From positions 620,001 through 684,000 of the forward strand of contig JAPETS010000012.1 of NCBI GenBank assembly GCA_026023565.1: a stretch of DNA of 64,000 nt. Direction: 5' to 3'. The translations under genes were made by a program, and so were the position numbers. Positions 59,549-64,000 of this stretch are shown here, in pieces. Position 1 is the stretch's first letter, and each line of letters starts with the position of its first letter. Source of the stretch: Cirrosporium novae-zelandiae. Taxonomy: Eukaryota. The notes under the pieces were generated by a model. That model saw only the letters and a program-made list of their open reading frames with translations, had not been told where the DNA came from and did not search any database.

Positions 59549-61667
59549 TTATAATATGATGAGCCATTTTCCTTTCAAAGAACTTGCCCTTTCGATAGCA
59601 CAGTCCGCGCAACAATCTCTGTGCCGTAACATCACTCTCCGCTCCAGCGAGTCGGGAGCGGAAATCGATTCGGTATTTAGGTCACTCAAAATACTGGCCA
59701 CAGCCAACCATCGGGCGCGTGCATCTCCCTTGACAAGACTGATACAGATCCTATATTTGATAGTATCACCAAGAGGTTCATTTAGCCAGCAAAAGCCTTG
59801 CACAGCAGCGCAGCCGAGGTCGAGGGTCGGTTTTGTATTTTCCCTATCCGTGTGGGGGCAAGAGTTTGTTTTCACTACCCCGAAAAGCGCCTGCTGCATC
59901 TGGGTGTATGATATGTAAATAGAATACTGAGAGTGTTGGCCTTTTATAAGTTTAGTGGCGAATTCGTCGACGACGTCGTGGCGGATTGCTAGCCAGAATT
60001 CTGAGCCTCTACTGCTGTAGTATTCTGTTCTTTTTGTGACGGGTGACATGCATCGGGGAGTATACACCCTTCCTTCATTAATTATCTTTAATGGACGATA
60101 AGATGGACGGATGCGTGGCGCATCCATGATTATGTGTTTGTGTTCGCCCGTCGCCATGTTGAAGGGAACGCCTCTCTTGATACAAAGAAACTCGCATTTT
60201 ACTTCCGCTGGATCCCTATCTCCTACAATGCTGTAGTATAGGCTCCAGAGTAAAGGCAGGCCTCTACAGGTCGAGATATCTATCACATGTGAAAAGATGA
60301 GCAGAATGGAGCTCAGAGATTTTAGATGGTTGCTATTGAGTTCCTTAGAATTACGAAGGCTCGGGGGCAATCGCATGTCTTTGATATGGTTGCCCCGTAG
60401 CTCCTCAACGTATTGATTGATGATATCTCGGTCGAAATTGATACCTTCAAAGAGAAGATTGCTTGTAGTGATAACCTGCCATTGCTCAATCCAGGCTGAA
60501 CATTCGGAGGGAATTTCACAATTAACATTTAATTTAGCACCATCCTCTGGCACGCGCTGCAGCTTTTCACCAGCAATAATTGCCAACGCAGTAACGAACT
60601 GGGCGCATTCCTGATACCTAGGGTCATCATCATCGATCAAAGAGTGTTTATTGAAAATTCTCCAGAGGCAGGTAGTCCCATAACCTTCAATGCGAAGTCT
60701 TTCCTGGCCTTCAATATCCGTAACTTGGTTGTCATCTGGTAAAGTCTTGAGTACAACAGCCATCTGTGCATCTAGAAGAAACATACATGGGATGGGTGGA
60801 TCCGCTGTCTCTTCGTGCCAATTATTTTGTCCAACTGTCCAAGAATTATCCCAGTTAATGATTACTTGGGTTGGTCGTGAATTCCCAAATGTTATGTCGC
60901 CATCGGGCGAATTCTGGACCAGGACGTTCAATCCCAATATATGATGAGCCCATATTATCATGGGTACAAGGCCTATTTGATTATCCAATACCATGATACG
61001 GTCATCAGGTAGACTTTGGACCAGGAAAAGATAGTCCATAGCGGCCCCCAAAACATTAGTTGGAAGACGCTTTAACGGCGAATTATTAAGCCAGAGCCAT
61101 TTTCTCGATTGCTGAAACTTCTTCTCAACCTGTTGGACCAGATGCTCCCAGGGGTAAGCCACGGTCTGGGAGGCACAAGCTTGTAACATGGAAGAAATGC
61201 CAACGTAGTCGGGATCTGGAGTAGCACCAGAAACGCCCTGTTTGTGGCGTTTGATCATAGACTGGACAAGGCCTGTGGATAGTGAAGTTTGTTCGTACAT
61301 CCAAGCAAGAAAGGAGAGTTGTATTACTGTTGCCAGGTACAGGCGGTCCTTGAGTGCTCGTTGAACCGTTGGCCCAGGCTCCTTATCCAAAATTATGTCG
61401 CTGTTGTCGCTGTTGCCGCTGCTTGAATGTAGAGGGGAAAAACCACCAATTCTAACGCAGTTCTTGAATTGGGTCTCCAACGATGGTACAACCTTGCCTC
61501 TTCCAAATATTGTTACTAGATCCTCCTCCACAATGATATCAGAACCACCTCGTTTCAGCCGACGAGCAAGTGCCACAATTTCGTTGGTCGTGTACGAGAT
61601 GGCTGCTTTCACGGGGGGGGGTCTTTGCAACCTCCAACGAGAGGGAGAAATGTACAGGAAACGCCAT
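59549..61667 (-). CDS. Fungal hypothetical protein (about 700 aa); start separated from the main ORF by a +1 frameshift in a C9 run
   Basis: 693-aa open frame without an ATG at its start. The ATG at 61667 (MAFPVHFSLSLEVAK) joins in frame if C9 at 61613-61621 is C8. Confidence 0.7.
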
Positions 61668-63296
61668 GGTTATTGTGTTTTCTGAGAGACGATCGAGTTA
61701 AAGGCTCCCATGATAGCTACCCCTCGTCTTTATGAAGGAGCCTTTCGAATTTTCAGCCTTGCGCGTGTTCGATTCATGAATGCCACTGGTGTCGTTTGTG
61801 TAACAACAAATTCAGAGCCTTATTTGTGTTTAGCCTTGCGAATAATACGAACCTCCCCCCCCCAATTTATTAAAAGATGACGCTAGCGTTAATATGCATG
61901 GCAAGCATTCTCTTAAACGTTGAAATATGATAGTATATAGCTGTTGAACATTGCTATCACAGACATGCGTGTTTATGTGTCATGTGCCATGTAGGTATAT
62001 ATATAAAGTTGATAGATAGCAGCAAGCATGCCCCCTTTTAGGGAGATCGCCTGAGCCAACCAAGCTATTTACAGTAATGAGTAGGGACTGTTGGGATAAC
62101 ATCCACATTCCTATCCCTCTAGGAAATACAACACAACACCATACGATGCACTCCTATATAATATCTAAGCGTAACGCACTATGTATGTGCCTTGCCAAGT
62201 AGTGAAATAATTAAGGTCTAAAGTGGAGAGGAACTGGAAAATAATCTGCTTTATCCTCAGCTCCACCCCCTTTTTTAAACTAATCCAAACCCACTGTTTC
62301 ACTCATTTATACATTTAACCACGGTAACGATAGCTTCTTTCTTTTTGCCTACTCAAGAGATAAAATAATATCACCGAATTAAAAAAAATAGTACTTTAAT
62401 GTAATACTCATGTCACATTTGTATTTCTTGATAGCAAAATCATATATATATATATACTAGGGTTGTATTATATATTATGAGTAAGTTAACATTTCTCCCC
62501 CCCTCCCCCCCTTCCCTCCCTTCCTCCCTCCATCTATTACTCACTTTATCCACCCATACTCCTCCCTCTCCTCCTCCCTCTTCCTCACCATCAAGATCAA
62601 ATAATCCAATTCGATTCCTCACAAAACACTCAAAAAAAGGCAAAGAAACAGAAGGTAATGTCAAGAAAAGAAAAAAGGTAAAGAAAAGGGGAAAGAAGAG
62701 TAGAAGGAGAAAGGAAATCAAGAAGAAAAGCCTAAGCGGAATAAAATAATCCAACTACACACCAAGAACTTATTTTTCCCCCTTTGGACCAGCCGCTTTG
62801 CTTTGCTTTATCCATCCAGTCTTCATTGTTATCCTCGTCCTCATCCAGCCCTTACCCTTTCCCTTCTCCACGAAAAATCAAAAATCAAAAATCAAAAATC
62901 AAAAACCAAAAATAAAAAAAAAACAGGAAGCGAATGCTCGTTATCTAGCCGATTAAACTAATTGGCATATTTGTGTGTATATATTCATCAATTTCCTAAA
63001 CAGAGACAAGAAATAATTCGGTGCTTTCAAAACGTCGTTTGTACTCCAAGATTTAAGAAACAAAAAAACAATCTAATCCAACAAGAAAAGAAAAAGTAAA
63101 AGAAAAGAGTGAATGATATCCTAGCTTCGAGCAGGTTTAGTATTAAGTAAAAAAAAAAGGCAAATTGTTGGTGGCCATGCACACATCCCCTATGTTAGAT
63201 CCAAGACGTAGAGAGTAAGGTTATAGAAAGGATCGCTAAAACACGAACAACATCTCATTGCGGAAATTAGATGTTGTAGGTGAGTGAGTGAGTACC

Positions 63297-64000
63297 TCAG
63301 GCCGTTTCTATCACACAATAGCTGCTCTTTCTGCCGCCACCACCTCTCATTTCTGTTACCTTGGGTGTCAAGGGTTGGTGATCAGCGACAACGCGTTCCA
63401 GTTTCGGGATAATGGGGACAAGAAGCTGTCTTTGTCGCTGAGACATGGAAATCTGACGCTGAATTGATTTTTCGGCGGCATCTTTGATGAGATTCTCGGC
63501 TAAGGGCGGGGAAAAAAGTTAACGTCTATTACTTTTTTCTGGAAAGATTGTAGGTAGCTTACCTTGATTAATAGGGCTGATGGCATGGTGATGATGAGAT
63601 ACTGTTGCGGACATTGGAGTGCTGGGGTTTGAAGTTGTCGGGTTTTTGTTTGGATGCGGCGATTCTGTAGAAACTGAGGTCTGGACTTTTAATGATGGTC
63701 TGAGGCTGGATTTAGGTGGAATTCGGGGTTGCTGCTTGTGCAAGTCGTGTCCAGGAATAGAAGCATTATCGGGGCCAGCATTTACCACTGTGTGAGAGCT
63801 TAGTGGGCCGGATTTGAGAACTGGCCAATTATTATTGGTTTCTCGACGTGGAGAGTCTGTATTAGAATTTATAGTGGTAGAGGAAGCTACCGGTGGTCGC
63901 TGCCCTCTTGCCCTAGAAGTAGCTCGATGCCTCCTATCCGGGGTCCTACGGGGAGAATTGCTCATGCCAACACCATCAGGAGTCTTAGGGGTGATTGGAA
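63297..64000 (-). CDS. 3' end of a fungal hypothetical protein gene (starts beyond the window)
   Basis: Ser/Pro-rich open frame, intron GTAAGC...CTTAG, and a last exon AENLIKDAAEKSIQRQISMSQRQRQLLVPI...IETA-TGA. Confidence 0.7.

Noticed and set aside
62440..62754. Opposing 90-104 aa ORFs
   Set aside because: Pyrimidine/purine simple-sequence tracts, not protein-like.
1..64000. CRISPR array, Starship captain, intact transposon, rRNA, or a secondary-metabolite core gene
   Set aside because: No repeat-spacer array and no tyrosine recombinase, transposase, reverse transcriptase, PKS/NRPS or rRNA signature was seen.

Overview
Eukaryotic DNA from a filamentous ascomycete (Pezizomycotina): short GT-AG introns with CTRAY branch sites, fungal gene families and microsatellite-rich intergenic DNA. 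About 22 protein-coding loci are supported. Housekeeping genes include phosphoketolase, zuotin, BUD13, YKT6, the Slh1/ASCC3 helicase and a four-exon ATL (PWQRV) DNA-repair gene only partly visible in the ORF track. Accessory genes include an NLR, F-box-like genes, a frameshifted DUF6601 gene, two AAA ATPases, two SDRs and a Zn2Cys6 factor. Two observations stand out. (1) The ORF-free region at about 22.0-24.0 kb (+) folds by eye into a telomerase-RNA core: a TAACCCTAA template, a boundary hairpin, a core-enclosing helix and a triple-helix pseudoknot whose loop 2 holds about 940 nt of low-complexity sequence. (2) The SesB-like hydrolase-NACHT-ankyrin NLR at 4.8-8.8 kb carries a complete Zn2Cys6 cluster inside its NACHT domain, visible only after removing a 72-nt intron, plus a possible in-frame TAG between the effector and NACHT parts. 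A secreted repeat protein resembling a Kex2/Ste13-processed peptide precursor is also present. All splice models and RNA folds were made by hand; no database search or folding program was run.
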